Shown here: positions 27,151-40,818 of the stretch, one piece after another
How the letters are laid out: each line of letters starts with the position of its first letter
How positions within the stretch are numbered: the first letter of the stretch is position 1
Notes under the pieces: generated by a model
Told to the model about the DNA's origin: nothing
What the model saw: only the letters and a program-made list of their open reading frames with translations
Databases searched by the model: none
NCBI RefSeq assembly: GCF_006345805.1
Contig: NC_043005.1
Location: 81,840,001-81,904,000 of the forward strand
Origin: Octopus sinensis
Taxonomy: Eukaryota
Reading direction: 5' to 3'
DNA: 64,000 nucleotides
Position numbers and translations under genes: made by a program

Positions 27151-29885
27151 CTCAGACTTGTATATATATATATATATATAACTATGGCAGACCCAGGACA
27201 TTGCGTCTAGAGGTTTTGGATGAACAAATCCACCCTAGTACTACTCTTTAAGCCTGGTTCTCATGCAATCGTAAGTAGTCTAACAGTATACGTACAAAAC
27301 TATAATCATATTCACAAGCTTCATACAGAACATTTCATTATCCGGCGTATCATTTCCGTGTTAAGAAGGAAAGATGGTTTTAGGGATGTATTTAGAAGTT
27401 ATTTCCAGCAGGTCAAGCGAGTATGCGGTGACCCTCACGAATAGAATAAAATATAACGGTGAAAATCACTAGACTTGTGAACTGTAAATTTTCTTTCATA
27501 CAACCTAAGTAAACTTCAATGTCGGGAATGTGTATGAATTTGTTACAACCCAAAGCGATTAGACATAACTCTATAAATATATGTAGATAACTGAAAAGAG
27601 AGGTTACATGCTTTCGCTTTTTCTCATAACATTTTCCGTATAATTTAATTATTTCAACAAGAAGCCGTATTCGCGAATTCGTTTCGTAGTTCGCTAATTT
27701 CCTACATCAGAATGCTCCAACAACAAACTGCTTATAAAGAAGCAAGTTTAAGAAGCTAGATGTTGTTTTCTTGTTTTGTGCCAGGAGAATTATATTTGAG
27801 CGAAGCTCTGATGAAAAATCTTGCAGCTATGATCATCACGAATGCTATATATTTAGGCGTACGTATTTGTCATAATATACACCTTTATAAAGAAGATAGT
27901 ATGAATTTAGCTATTACGACTTGTATTTCGAATGTTCGCATAGAAGCCCTCGACATGTGCATGTATATACGTTACCAAATAGTTGTTGGTATTTATTTCA
28001 AATATCTACTAACCAACCAAGTAATCTGATCACAGACCACGGTTTGAAGGTAAAATAATTACTACGCGAAAGACACGTAGTTGCCATACAAAAACGTCCA
28101 TAATTTGGTACCTAAACATTAGTCACTGACACACCAAATATTAATGATTTATTGTCACTGATTTAATACGAAACGGAAGACTAAAAATTTAATGAGTAAA
28201 AGTATTGTTCCACTAATATGTTTTCGTTACTTTGTCTTCACATATACGTGCATAACAGGGTCAACACTCAGCCTGTAAGTTATGCATAAAAGAGACATTC
28301 CACATATTAAAAGACAACTCTTCAATATTACTAAAGAAGTATAATGAGGCACTAGGTACATGCAACCACTGTTTTTCTCATACTTACAATGAGCAGATAT
28401 GGCAAATCGATTACAACGACTACAGTACATGACTGGTAGTTTATGTCATCATCAATGAAAGAATGAAAAAACAAAGATTACACCAGCGTCATTTGAACTC
28501 AGAACGTAAAGGACCGGAGTGAATGCTGCTAAGCATATATTATTTCTAACTCGCTGATGATTCAGCCAGTTCGGGGCATGGCATTAATGTTAGCGACATT
28601 GGCATGAGGTGCTTTGAGTTCAAAATCTCAGCCAGGGCGGTATTGCGTTTTCGTTATAAACTTCTGTTTATTCGGTTCAATCCGTCTCGCTGTTCCGTAG
28701 ACTCTCGTTATATTTTGTTAATGTGGCTTGAAGTGTTTTATTTGTTAATGACTCAGAAAGGCAAAAGCTTTGCCGATACCATTTCTAACTCAGTGTTGCG
28801 TTTCTTGTTGTTGTGGTTGCTGTGGCCATCGCCGTCGTCGTTACCATTGTTGTTGTTGCTGTTTAACGATTGCGATTGATGCTCACTTTGAATTTCTTAG
28901 TGTTAGAAATACGGGTGTAGGAATTGGAATTCTAGACTGCTGAAGTTGGGTGAAGAATATTTCGAGTTTGTTTATTCAGTAGAGTAACAGTGATACGGAT
29001 TAGGCGATAATGTAACCAAGAAAATGTGTTGGCGAGTACATTTCGTTCGGCGTACAAGGATTGTAGAGTGAGAGAATACTTTGAAATTAGGAAAATGATA
29101 CGTTATCCCTTTCAGGAAATTAAATACATTTATGCTATCACAAGAGTGTAAATCAATATGGTGAGAAATATATCTTTACTGGAAACTATAATCAATTTAA
29201 AAATATGTGTTGAGTCTCGTTAGATAGGAAGTTTATTATGTTTATAGTTAAGTATCTATCAAGATAGCCAGAAACCATTAGCAGACAGGTAAGAAACCAT
29301 ACTCTTGCATCTAAACCCGTAGCTGTATTCAACATTTTCAATACATTTTAAATTAACGCTGTGTGTTTCAATAATTCCGTGTATTACAAGAGCAGGGAAC
29401 GCATCAAATGGAAGACTAAAATGATTATTGTGTTTTTAAAACTGATTTTAAGGTATAAACAGATGGTACAGGTCTATTTACATATTTCTCGATAATTTAT
29501 TTTGCATTTCAGTTATCGGTTTGTTCGCGAGCGTTGACTTTTATAATCATGTACATGCACACAAAAGAAAATGTGAGCATGCATTTGTTTATAAATGCGC
29601 AAAAACAACGAGGCGTAGAAAATATATTAACATAATACATAATTATACACACTACAAGCATACATACACACATGTTACCAGAAATTTTGTGTTTTAGTTA
29701 TATATGGAGAGGAATACCACTGCTCCAGGTAATCAGCTTGAAAAATTGTTAAGATATAAGACAGTTTTCGAAACAAGAAACTAATGGTAGCCTTAATACA
29801 CAAATAATGATATTTTATCCATCAATGCGGTGTTGAGCACCCATTCTCCCTCTTCGACTTTTACGTATATATACTAAATATATAG

Positions 29886-29996
29886 TCCGGGAGGAGCCAA
29901 ACGATCCAGCCGTATTGAATGATGAGGCAACGGAAATTACTGAAACTGACGCGTCAGTATTAAAAATTCTCCATCAGCACTTTTCAGAAGATTATG
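29886..29996 (+). CDS. Candidate exon (REEPNDPAVLNDEATEITETDASVLKILHQHFSEDY)
   Basis: Protein-like open frame after ATATAG|; donor G|GTCTCT is weak. Confidence 0.15.
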
Positions 29997-30006
29997 GTCT
30001 CTGTTA

Positions 30007-30052
<46 letters not shown>

Positions 30053-30314
30053 GGGGGGGATAATACACATCTATCACTTCGATACATACACGCAAATATA
30101 TGGTTTTCAAAGGAGATAGTAGAAACGCATATTATGTTTGAAACATGGGGTGTGTGATCCTGATTCTTTCTTTACCCAAACCCAAACGCAATATTTTCTG
30201 TATTTGAGTAAATATGTGTAAACAAACATGGTGGGGGAAATCTTGACTTTGTCCGGTTGGAAGAGGGAACATATTGTATATTTTACGACATACATGTGAG
30301 TGACTGCATTTCAG

Positions 30315-30448
30315 GGTGCTCTCAGCAACAATTCATTGTCTTGAGCTGCCTTCCGCTGAATGTTTTCGTTCTTAACGATCTTCAGACTCTCCTCTTGTGC
30401 TTTACAGCGTTTTATGTCACTTCAAATCGCAGTGAAAGCGATAATCAG
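30315..30448 (+). CDS. Candidate exon (CSQQQFIVLSCLPLNVFVLNDLQTLLLCFTAFYVTSNRSESDNQ)
   Basis: Acceptor GCATTTCAG|G, donor CAG|GTATAG, one open frame. Confidence 0.2.
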
Positions 30449-31274
30449 GTATAGCATATAATTTTTACACACACACTCACATGTATATTAATATTTTATT
30501 TATGACTAGACACAAATACTTCATAATTTTGGTTTAGATATGTAGAAAGATCATATTAAGATTATTCAATGAAACATCATTGATTTGATTTCAGTGAAAT
30601 GGTTCAGCACGTCAAAGCCTTTGCGGGTCTAATTTCTGATTTACGACACACACAGCATACAAAATTGGCCATGTCGAAAAATAACCGAGTTGCTTGAGAG
30701 AGAAAATAAAACTATCTCATTTATTCTGTTTTCAAGACAATAGAATAGCCAAATAAAATTTACGTTCCAGCAAACGAATTGGCAGAAACTAACATTTCTC
30801 ATTACAGTAGCCTGTAACATAATATAAAAGGAATAAGTGAATATGCAGAGTAGTAGTTTATGCATGGTTGCTTGAATCATTAGTTGAAATGCTATTCATT
30901 CTCTTAAATACTATTGGATGAGGCCAAAAATTATGCATGTGAATGAAAGTAAAGTTAATTTGTATTTTTAGACCGCTCGAGAAGAATTATAAAGAACAAC
31001 GAGAAATGATCATTTGCACTTATTTTTCACTTGGGGTACGTTACACACTTCTTATTTGTTAGTATATTTCCAGTAAATATATGCTTTTATTAATTGGTAA
31101 ATATGGTTTATACCTGTTAATCTTATTCTTTTGTTGATTCTCTCACTGTAATGCAGCCATGTTAGGGCAACCCTTCAACAGCTTCGACAAAGAAATGGAC
31201 CCCAGTATTTATTTTGTTTAAGGACTGGTACTGATTTTATCGGACTCTAAACACACGCAGATACATGCAGACAT

Positions 31275-31317
<43 letters not shown>

Positions 31318-31341
31318 GGCATTTATTTATATAACCAGCTT

Positions 31342-31558
31342 TAGGGTGACCGATAGTTTGGCATCTATAAAATGCTTTGCCCTATAGACGGCTCGTCGGA
31401 ATATAATGGCCGTAGACATATAACCTCTTTTTAATTGGACACTCTAACGCTTTTGTATATCCAATTTGAAAAGAGGTTATATGCCCGCGGCCTATACAGT
31501 CCGATGAGCCTACTAGAATCCTAAACATTTAATAGATGCGAAATCATTCGTCACTCTA
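31342..31558. mobile_element. Palindromic MITE with TA ends
   Basis: TA-GGGTGAC...GTCACTC-TA; diverged ~97-bp inverted arms centred near 31450 (CATATAACCTCTTTT/AAAAGAGGTTATATG). Confidence 0.75.
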
Positions 31559-31661
31559 TGATCGGCCACATACTATCTTCATATAAATGCATTACTGTTT
31601 AGCGTGTGGTTTCTCGTATATACGATCTACTGCCGATATAAATATATACCTACATACATAC

Positions 31662-31718
<57 letters not shown>

Positions 31719-32836
31719 TATATATATACGTATGTATGTATATCTGTTTGTATGTATGTATGTATGTATGAAGGGCTTCATCAATGTTTCCCTCGACAAA
31801 ACCCATCCAGAAGACATTTGCCGGCCCAAAGTAACGTGCATTGGGTTCTGAACCCGAAACCGCTTGCTTGTAAATCGAGCTGTCTTCGGTACGAGTCAAA
31901 ATACAGAGAATGACCATTTCATGATAAGTGTGTTATGCGCATGAGCACACACACACACATTTAAACTTACTATAGACGAATCAACGCTATTTGCAAACTA
32001 AACAAAACTACTGAACCTACTCTACCATTCTAATAATTAGTTGAATTCACTGCAATGTTAATTCATGTTTGTGTAATTCTGATATTGAAGAGTTAAATAA
32101 ATGACAAAACATCTGTGCAATATATGAAAATGAATGTTTAAATGACAGCTATTTGTAACGGATAGTAGTTTGTTTATTCTTCGTTCAAATACCATTCTCA
32201 TTGGCAAAGTAATATATTTATTTAACCATTGCCTCATGAAAGAGACGTAATAAATCACTTAAAACATAGACATAATTTTTTTTGTCTTTTATCTTGTGGT
32301 GGAAGTATGTTATAAAATGAGAAAATATTTTGTACATTTACAATTATGTTCCTGGCACTATTCTTTTCAAGTTACGTTGTGTCAATGACCTAATGCGGAT
32401 ACCATAAAAATATTATTACAGAATAAAACAAAAGTCAAATTATGGTTCTATAACTATACTTTAACTGTGTAGTATTGTTTTACTTCCATAATAAATTTTT
32501 ATCAGAATTATGACATGACATATAACATACGACTTGCCAAAAATGTTCGCATATAAATATATTTATTTAATATGTTTAGACACTCATATTCCGTAACAGA
32601 GTTGTGATATGTACACTTATTAGGAATGTGTAACATTTTTAATAGAGAAATTGTGAATATCTCAGTATAATTTATATGGAAATATTCAGTACCTCAAGTC
32701 CAAACCTGAGATAAGGAACGTAATCGATTCGGATTGAAAATTTAGTTAGCGTAACTTCGATTTCTATAATCTCTTTACTAATATATGTCACACACACATA
32801 CACACACACATAAGTACATATGCATACATTGATAAA

Positions 32837-33037
32837 TACGGGTGGGTGCTGAAAACATCCTGGTTTTAAGGTTGTCGTGTAAGGGCTGGTTATAAGCACA
32901 ACCTTCCCCGTTCTTTTAAAGGACCTAGAAAAACTAAACGACCGCTGCAGAACATTTGTGTATCGAAGAAGGGAATATATTGAATAAAATCATGATTACC
33001 TGATCCTCCCGAATTTTCTTTTACCCAAAGTCAGGCA
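32837..33037 (+). mobile_element. Mariner-derived MITE retaining the transposase C-terminal codons
   Basis: TACG..GGTGCTGAAAA TIR; LEKLNDRCRTFVYRRREYIE* resembles the mariner C-terminus; right TIR cut off at the adjacent SINE. Confidence 0.7.
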
Positions 33038-33242
33038 TGTCAACAAAATTGTTAGCTCGTCGGACAAAATGCTTAGCATTTCACCCAGCACATTACGTTC
33101 TGAGTTCAAATACTGCCGAGTCCGACTTTATCTTTCATACTTTTGACATTGATAAAATAAGAAATAGCTGATCATTAGGGTCGATGTTATCGACTTACCC
33201 TCTACCACTAAAGTATTTGGTGTTGCACCAAAATTTGGAAAA
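33038..33242 (+). mobile_element. SINE family A, diverged
   Basis: ACGTTCTGAGTTCAAAT..CCAAAATTTG. Confidence 0.7.
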
Positions 33243-34263
33243 AGCATTCATTAACTTCATAGATTCCACGCACCTGATGCACTTCCAGAAACAGACTGAC
33301 TGGAGACTTTTCTTTGGCTCCCGAATTTCTTTCATAAATGAATATCTATTTAAAACGCTATAGAAAGAACACGCAATCTTCCTTACCAACAAAAGTCATA
33401 CTACATGCTCTTACTCTGGAAATTCGATACGTTTTCTTGTTAACTAGAAGGAATCTAGACCTTCTGAGATTATCTGAATATCAAATTGGTTAGGAACACG
33501 GGGAAAATAATGACAAAATCTGGAAAGTTAGGTTGCAAAACTGATATTTGGTTATGAAAAGGTTGCGAAGGGAATATCTCTCTAATACTTGGAAGTTGAT
33601 TACAATGCAAATATAATATATTGGATGCAAGTCTAGTGTATATTACAACGTGATATTGTATTTATGTATATAGTTTTATATTAATATTTGTTTACTGTCT
33701 TTCAATGTTATTTTATCATATTTACATTAATAGAACATACTGTATGCTTCATTTTTTTCACTACCTTTTGCAATATATAATAATATTATTAAATATGACG
33801 TTACAGTTTTGGACGAAAATATTTTAACATGAGCCTAACTCTTATGACGGATAGGTCATAATAGCAGCAAATTATGATTTCTCATTCTTGATTTAGCTTG
33901 CAAATATCAACATGAAATCACTTCTCTGACACAGGATTAATCAAAAGTTGAGTGAAATGAAAACTAATATGTGTGCGTGTGTATCTATGCACATATATGT
34001 ATGCATATATAGGAGAGCTATTTATTGACATCATAACTTCCTTCTACAAAATCCACCATCCAATCATGACGTTGATGCTCCAGAATAAAAGAAAAAAAGA
34101 TAATACATGTTTCTCAAAATGTATAGATATCTGACATGAAAACATCAAATTTGAAAAGACCTAGTTGTTTGGCATAGCTGACAAGCATCTAATAACTTTT
34201 AGGTCTACAGCTCGTATCTATTGTCTGCGTCTGTGTTATGTCCATAGACACGACATTATATTT

Positions 34264-34386
34264 TACGAGATCCATTCAAAAAGTATCCGACTCTATGTTT
34301 TCCCACCAATACTAATGCAACCCGGGCAAAATATTTTGGGTAGAAGGTGTAAAACCTCAATTTGAATACTTTTGGACGTACCTAGT
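34264..34386. mobile_element. Short mariner-type MITE
   Basis: TACGAGA..CAAAAAGTAT at the left and ATACTTTTGGA..CCTAG at the right form imperfect TIRs. Confidence 0.5.
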
Positions 34387-34949
34387 TTATCTAACAGAAA
34401 TCGCTATGCATTAACTTCAACGACACTCGTCGTAGGTGAGAAAAGAATTTCTTTTACAAGTGTATGAAATTTTAATCAAGACCAACATGCCTCATTTTCC
34501 TTTCGACATTAGTGAAGGTAGACATTTGTTCCATATATCTTACCAAAAGAAATACCAAATTTTAAATCGGCAAGCAGAAATAAGAGTTCCATATTATTCC
34601 AGCACTTCGGCTCTTGTCAATGAGAATACATTGGAACCACTTTACTTCGTTAGATTTTTGTTGAATTTTCTATTGAATTTTAAGAGTTTTAAAAAGAGTA
34701 ACAACGCACAGATATGTCTGCCATTTTGATCAATTTCAGTAATTCTATTCAGCGAACACTTTAAGACTACCATCAGTAAGGTGTTATTTACGAAAATAAA
34801 TATGAACTAAATTAAGATAAACACATAAGATGATAATATATAATTAAAAATCAAAACCAACATAACATTTAGAATATAAACATTATTGTAATTAAAACAT
34901 TATTATAGAACAGGAAAATATCACGATAACATGAACGTGAGCGTAAGAC

Positions 34950-35475
34950 GTTTGATGCAAAATAAATGGGTGGGAGACAAATGCCTTCCTTCAAAAATAG
35001 GTTTTAGAGGAAAACATGCTGGAAGAAAGTTCACTCGATGCTGAGTTGCCTGGCATTAGGTGCGAAGGAAACAAAAGATGTTGCCAGAAAACTGACTGAA
35101 GCCGCTGAAAAAGCAAGCCATTACATCTGTCTCAAAAAAGAAGACGAATTCCGATGTAAGAGTGAAAACTGAGTGATATTTCAAACATTTGGTCCAGAAT
35201 CCCAACTTCTGCTCCAAGAAGGCTCGTGCTGTTGTGAGGGAGTTTTGTCGCATACATCGGTGGGTCGCCTAGATATCCTGCCTCTTCAGGCGGCAGCAGG
35301 GGCCAAATCACCTACAGAGCTGCTTCATCGTCTGAAGAGAGATCAGCTCCTTCATTCGGAATACAGAAGCACCGTCAGCACAAAACTGTTTTGTGACGAT
35401 GATGATAATGATGGTGATAATGATGATAATGGTGATGATGACGACGAATATCATCATCATCATCATCATCATGGT
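34950..35475 (+). mobile_element. 3' end of a HERO-like (restriction-like endonuclease) non-LTR retrotransposon with 3' UTR and (GAT)n tail
   Basis: Frameshifted GWET.CLPSKIGFRG...ARKLTEAAEKASHYICLKKEDEF* (stop 35170-35172) resembles HERO C-terminal GW..xPVEVGCRGF...AExASxWIWLK. Confidence 0.65.
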
Positions 35476-36352
35476 GAATATATCTCTACATAAATATGTA
35501 TATTTCATACCAGATTAAAGGAAAGTTTTCATTTCTGCTAATGCCAAAAGAAATGAATTTTATTTCACCATCCATCAATTTATTCATTTCTTTATCAATC
35601 GACCATAAAATCAAATCTTAAAATCTTAAGCTGGAATGGTAAACTCATCACAACTTTCAATCAGTATGAAGAACTTTTAAAGCTTTCCGATAATAAGAGT
35701 GTCTTGAACAAGATTTGTGAAACAACGTGCTTTCTATCCCGGATCCGGTTCCAGATTGTAAAGCGCCACTGTATACAAAACATTGAATCTCTGTTATTTA
35801 TTTTACTGATGAAAAGGTAGGGAATGAAAACGAAACATTGTTGTGATATAAACTCGCAACATAGAATAAAACAAGAGTATCACTAACCAATGACAATTCG
35901 TGAAATTAATTTCATTTTTTTATATATGGTTAAAATGTTTTCGGTGGTCGTAGTACTGGTGGTCATGGCAGTCGTGGTGGTAGGAGACCATATCAAATCT
36001 GGTGTTTGATACCACGGACTAAATTCATTCCACTTTTAAAATATATTAGATTCTGCTTAGAGGAGAAATTTGACTGCTATTTTTGTTATTTCTAGTTGTC
36101 TTCAAGCTCCCTACATCCCTTTTTGTTGGAAAGGACAACAATCATTGATTCGATTGAATATGTGTGTGTTTGTCTTGATGCAAACGGAAAGCGAGCGAAA
36201 GATAAAATTCAAAAGAGAAGAGCTTCAAAACAAAGAAACGAAACTAAATACGCATATCCTAATGGATCAGCCACAAAGAAATATTTGTCTTTCCATCTGC
36301 TGATACTTAATATTCAGCAAGTATATTCCATGTGCAAGTGCATTTAGCTCAC

Positions 36353-36463
36353 CTTCCTCGTACAAAGACAAACAACGTTATTAGTACGTCCATCGATGCA
36401 AAGTTGTATCGTATTTAGAGGAATATGCGCAAGTACTACCTCAGGTAATGGATTATTTAAACA
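36353..36463 (-). CDS. Candidate 111-nt phase-0/0 exon (CLNNPLPEVVLAHIPLNTIQLCIDGRTNNVVCLCTRK)
   Basis: Acceptor TTTATTTGCCTTCGCCAGTAG|, strong donor AAG|GTGAGC, open frame. Confidence 0.25.
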
Positions 36464-37380
36464 CTACTGGCGAAGGCAAATAAATCTGACCGAGCACTTC
36501 CTTGAAATCAATTTGAAATGTGTTAGAAGTTGTATAAGTGTTGGTTAGCAAAGTGAATCATTTTTATCAATGAATCTCTATGAAAAGGAACGTCTTTTAT
36601 CGATTATGAAAGCATTAACATTGAAACTGCTTTCCTGCAGGGTTTCATATCTGGATATATAGGGATAAATATATCTTACCTATCCCTCACCTATTGCAAC
36701 GGACACGGCATTATGCAGCTGTTCTGTGTGCGTGGGTTTTTAAGAATGGAATCGCTTTGATTGAATCTTTTACTGATCCCCAGGAGACATAGAGAAAATT
36801 GAATTCATCATTACAAAGGTAGAAAATAAAACGACAAATCTTACTATAGCAAGGCTACTTACAATATTAAGTCTTGCGCATGGGTAAACGCCTAACTCAG
36901 GATGCATCGCTGTATCTTATATACTATTAACAGAAGAAATTGGATTTATAGGATACGATCTGCCGCTGTTTCTAATGTTCGTTTAGACCTCCCGTTATTT
37001 CAGCGAAATATACTCATTTAATACAACAGTACGACCTATAAAAGCAAAGAATGAATGATTCCAACAAATGCCGGCTTTCATTCTCTCTGTATCTCTCTCT
37101 TTTTCTCCCTCGTTCTCTCTCTAGTTCTCTCTCTCTCTCTGTCCCTGAATATATATATATATATATATATTGGAGGTGTATATGCGTGTGTATGTAATAT
37201 ATGCGTATATGTGTATATATAGATATATGTATGTATATGTATGCACACACACACATATATTAGTAAGATTCCTACATATATACATATATATCAGCGCATT
37301 TTCCAGGTTCAGTCTCACTGCGTAGCATCTTGGCAAAGCCTCTGCTTTTATGGCTTCGAGCCGACCAAAGCCTTGCGAGT

Positions 37381-37880
37381 GCGGTTTTTTAGTCTGAAAT
37401 ATAAGTCCTTTGTTGTTTCTTACAAAGAGTTAACTTTACTCAATTATATCTTTTCTATTTTGTTCGATGGCATTTTGCCATCTTTCTGCCAACTTCATGA
37501 TTCCGCGCTCGTAGAAATTTTGGTCCTTATTAGCCAGAAATTGAAGCAAGTGCGATTTCAGATCATCATCAGCATTGAAAATTTTGCTGTTCAAAGAATT
37601 ATGCAAACTTCGAACTGAATGGTAATCTGATCGCCCAAGCTCAGGGTTGTATGGTGGATGTTACATCACTTCCCAACGAAGCTTCAGTAACGTTTCACGA
37701 GTTAGCAAAGACATGTGTGGTCTAATGTTGTTATGGTGGAATAGGATTCCTTTACGATTTGCCAGTTCTGGACGTTTTACTTTGATTGCTTCCTCCACTT
37801 TCATTGTTGACAGTAAACATCTGAATTGATCGTTTGGCTCCTGATTGACAATATTCCTGCTCCAAAGAGTATGATGTTTA
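37381..37880 (-). pseudogene. Mariner transposase C-terminal half (DDD domain), decayed, with start of the 3' TIR
   Basis: TINSDVYCQQ..KRPELANRKGILFHHNNIRPH..HPPYNPELGRSDYH..FYERGIMKLAERWQNAIEQN; right end abuts a SINE B head fragment (37298-37380). Confidence 0.9.
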
Positions 37881-39738
37881 CCGAATTGAGTGGCAAACTA
37901 AGCCATCTGCTCACGTAACTAGTCACCACGTGACCATGTGTTCTAATCGTGCTATCAGAGCCATGGCGATATTGCTGTCATCCATGAGTCAGAGTACTCT
38001 CGACAAAATTGTAAACTAGAATTGCAAACTAGCAAGCCTGGCAATATGGGCTCGTTAATGGCTCTCAGTGAGTTTTCCATGACTGTTCTGGTTTTCTTGA
38101 TCGAGGCGCTTTCCTTGAGATTGAAGTTAACTCTCCCCACCCCACTTTCACACTACGCGCTCACACGCACACGCACGCATACACACATATACGTGTACAC
38201 ATAGGTACAGGTCTGTTTGCTCTGTAAGCATACGTATGTATTTGAATACCTGCATATTTATGCATGCATTGACGTGTTTATATATGTGTTTATATATCTC
38301 CATCAAATAACTCTGATTGACACTCGTAACATGTAAATCATGTGAACAAAATTATATGGTTGGGTCTTCAGCATTTAGAGTGATCAAAATAATAGCTGAG
38401 CACTAAAATCAGCGATAATATGACAATAAACCGAGGGGATACATGACTATTCTGGATGATGTAAGAATTTGCTGCAAAACCAGGTTTTCGTAACGAGTTA
38501 CACCTAATACTTGTCAGAGAATTAATCGGACGTAAAACCTGGGAACCGAAAAGGTCTATGTCAACATACCAGTGTAGTATACCGTGAGACATGCTATTCT
38601 CTCTGAAAAGTGAAGGCGATGCCCTTCCCACCCGAATCAGTACAGCCAGTGTCACGGACCGAAACTTCCTCACAACACAAACTGATAATAAATATCACAA
38701 TAGCGTTTATTGTAGTTTTGGTAAAGGCGTGTTACCACAAGTGTCTTCAAGGATGAAGAACCGTTACATCTGGAGTTTCTTTGCTTGTGCGGACACATGT
38801 TATTGGTAATTTAAGCAGTAACGTTCCTGTTATTCACGATTACTTCCCTGTGTTTGCAGCTCTTTATCAAGTGTTATTTCTGTCTCAGATGTGACAGCGA
38901 GTCACACAAGATGACTTGAGCCATATATGTATTGACTTAAGTATGCGCTTATCTATGTATGTGTTCGTGTGTATTCATGTACCAATGTATGTGCACAAGT
39001 ATGTATGTGTGTATTTAATATGTTGGTTTGCTTTATATATACCAACGATTCTATGTTGAGAAAAAGCAATATTAATGATAAACTTAATCAAAAAGTGCTC
39101 CCAGGTTTCGAACATCAAAACTATTATTTCACGATGTGATACATTCCGGACTCAGCAAGCCACACAATTTTGCCATTTTTTCATTACACTACAAAGCTGA
39201 ACATAGCGCCTCTTTATTCACAATGAGCGTTGCAGAAGTCAACAGTAACGAGACACTACTTATAATAACACTGCCGCCATTGAACATCATGTGATCAGTA
39301 GCGGTTACTAAGCGTCAACAAGACTTAATCCAGTGAACTTGCCATAAACTTAGCAGACGTTCGTTCGTATGGCGTGACGAGAAGCATTGCTATGACAGCA
39401 TTACAACGCATGAGATACACTGTAGATTATGAAGACGTTTGTATCTGTTGTGTACACAACTCACCCTATCGAATATGCACAAATATAAAATTAGATATTC
39501 TTTGCAAATATGCATGATATATTTAGCTAATGTCGTGTCGACAATGGCATTTTAAAAACATACGAAAAGCATCCAGGATTATGTATATTATTCTGATCAT
39601 GTGTTCAGTAGTTTACAGTTTACTTGCTTCTCAGCATATATAAACGGATACAAACAAACACATAAACACACATGGTCTACCGCTGTGTTTATTTTTCGCA
39701 CTTGCTCACACAAGCGAACACACATACAGAGGCACACA

Positions 39739-39780
<42 letters not shown>

Positions 39781-40003
39781 CACACACTCACAAACACGTG
39801 TTAGTGAGTATGTAAGAACAGTATACAGAAACACATACACGGATATATGTACACACTTATATCAGTTTGTATCTAAATCTATTATAACTATTATAATTAT
39901 TTGAATATTTGTTTACGCATCTCCGTTTACACACGCGCACATATACATACATACATGCACGCATACATGCACACATACATGCGCACACATACACACACAC
40001 ACG

Positions 40004-40072
<69 letters not shown>

Positions 40073-40818
40073 GCATACACACATATATATATACGTTATA
40101 TATAAAAAAAAACATGTAAACATATTTGCATATATATGTGTGTATATATGTATATATGCATACGTGTGTGCGCATGTGCATATGTATGTGTTCCTTTGTA
40201 TATGCGTATGTGCGTGCCCATGACTACGAATGTATGTATGCTACTGCTGTGAGGAATTGCATGTGTTAGTCTCAATGTGTTGCTGCAGATTGTGTTGAAA
40301 TGTATGAAAGAAATATAATCACATTCATGATAATATCATGCTTATTTTATGGGTGTAAACATTGTAAAATGCTTGGCAGCATTTGTGTTTGCATGTCTTT
40401 TAAATGTTGAATAAATTTGTTTTCACCTATTTATTTAACAAGAGACAATAAATAAATAAAAAAAGGATATATATATATATATAAAGAAAACAAAAAACAA
40501 CACACCCTCTCTATATCTGTCTGTCTTTCTCTTTCTCTCTTTTAATAGAGTTATATATATACGCTCTAGGGGAAGAAAAGTATATACAACAAACAAAGAG
40601 TGGAGTTTAAAATGTCGTGACCTACCTTTATGTGAAAACACGTCAGTGGTTTGCCAGTTGCCACAAATAACGTTCCCATCACCGATAAATTAGACAGTAG
40701 AGCTGATTTGAGACGCAAATGGTTTCGCGGTTGCTAAATTGAACGTGGTGTATCGCAACCAGCAGAGGAATAATAGAAGATGCTGTTAACTGCATGGGGG
40801 AAAGGAATTGTAACTCAC

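Noticed and set aside
27220-27444. 74-aa ORF ending FRDVFRSYFQQVKRVCGDPHE
   Set aside because: It begins in SINE B-derived sequence, has no convincing splice sites and no recognisable domain
30358-30389. Minus-strand CTGAAGA...GAAA motif
   Set aside because: Only a 3-bp stem II is possible, with no stem I or palindromic stem III; probably chance
35806-35840. CTGATGA...GAAAC hammerhead-like spacing
   Set aside because: The intervening sequence cannot form stem II, and stem I is absent
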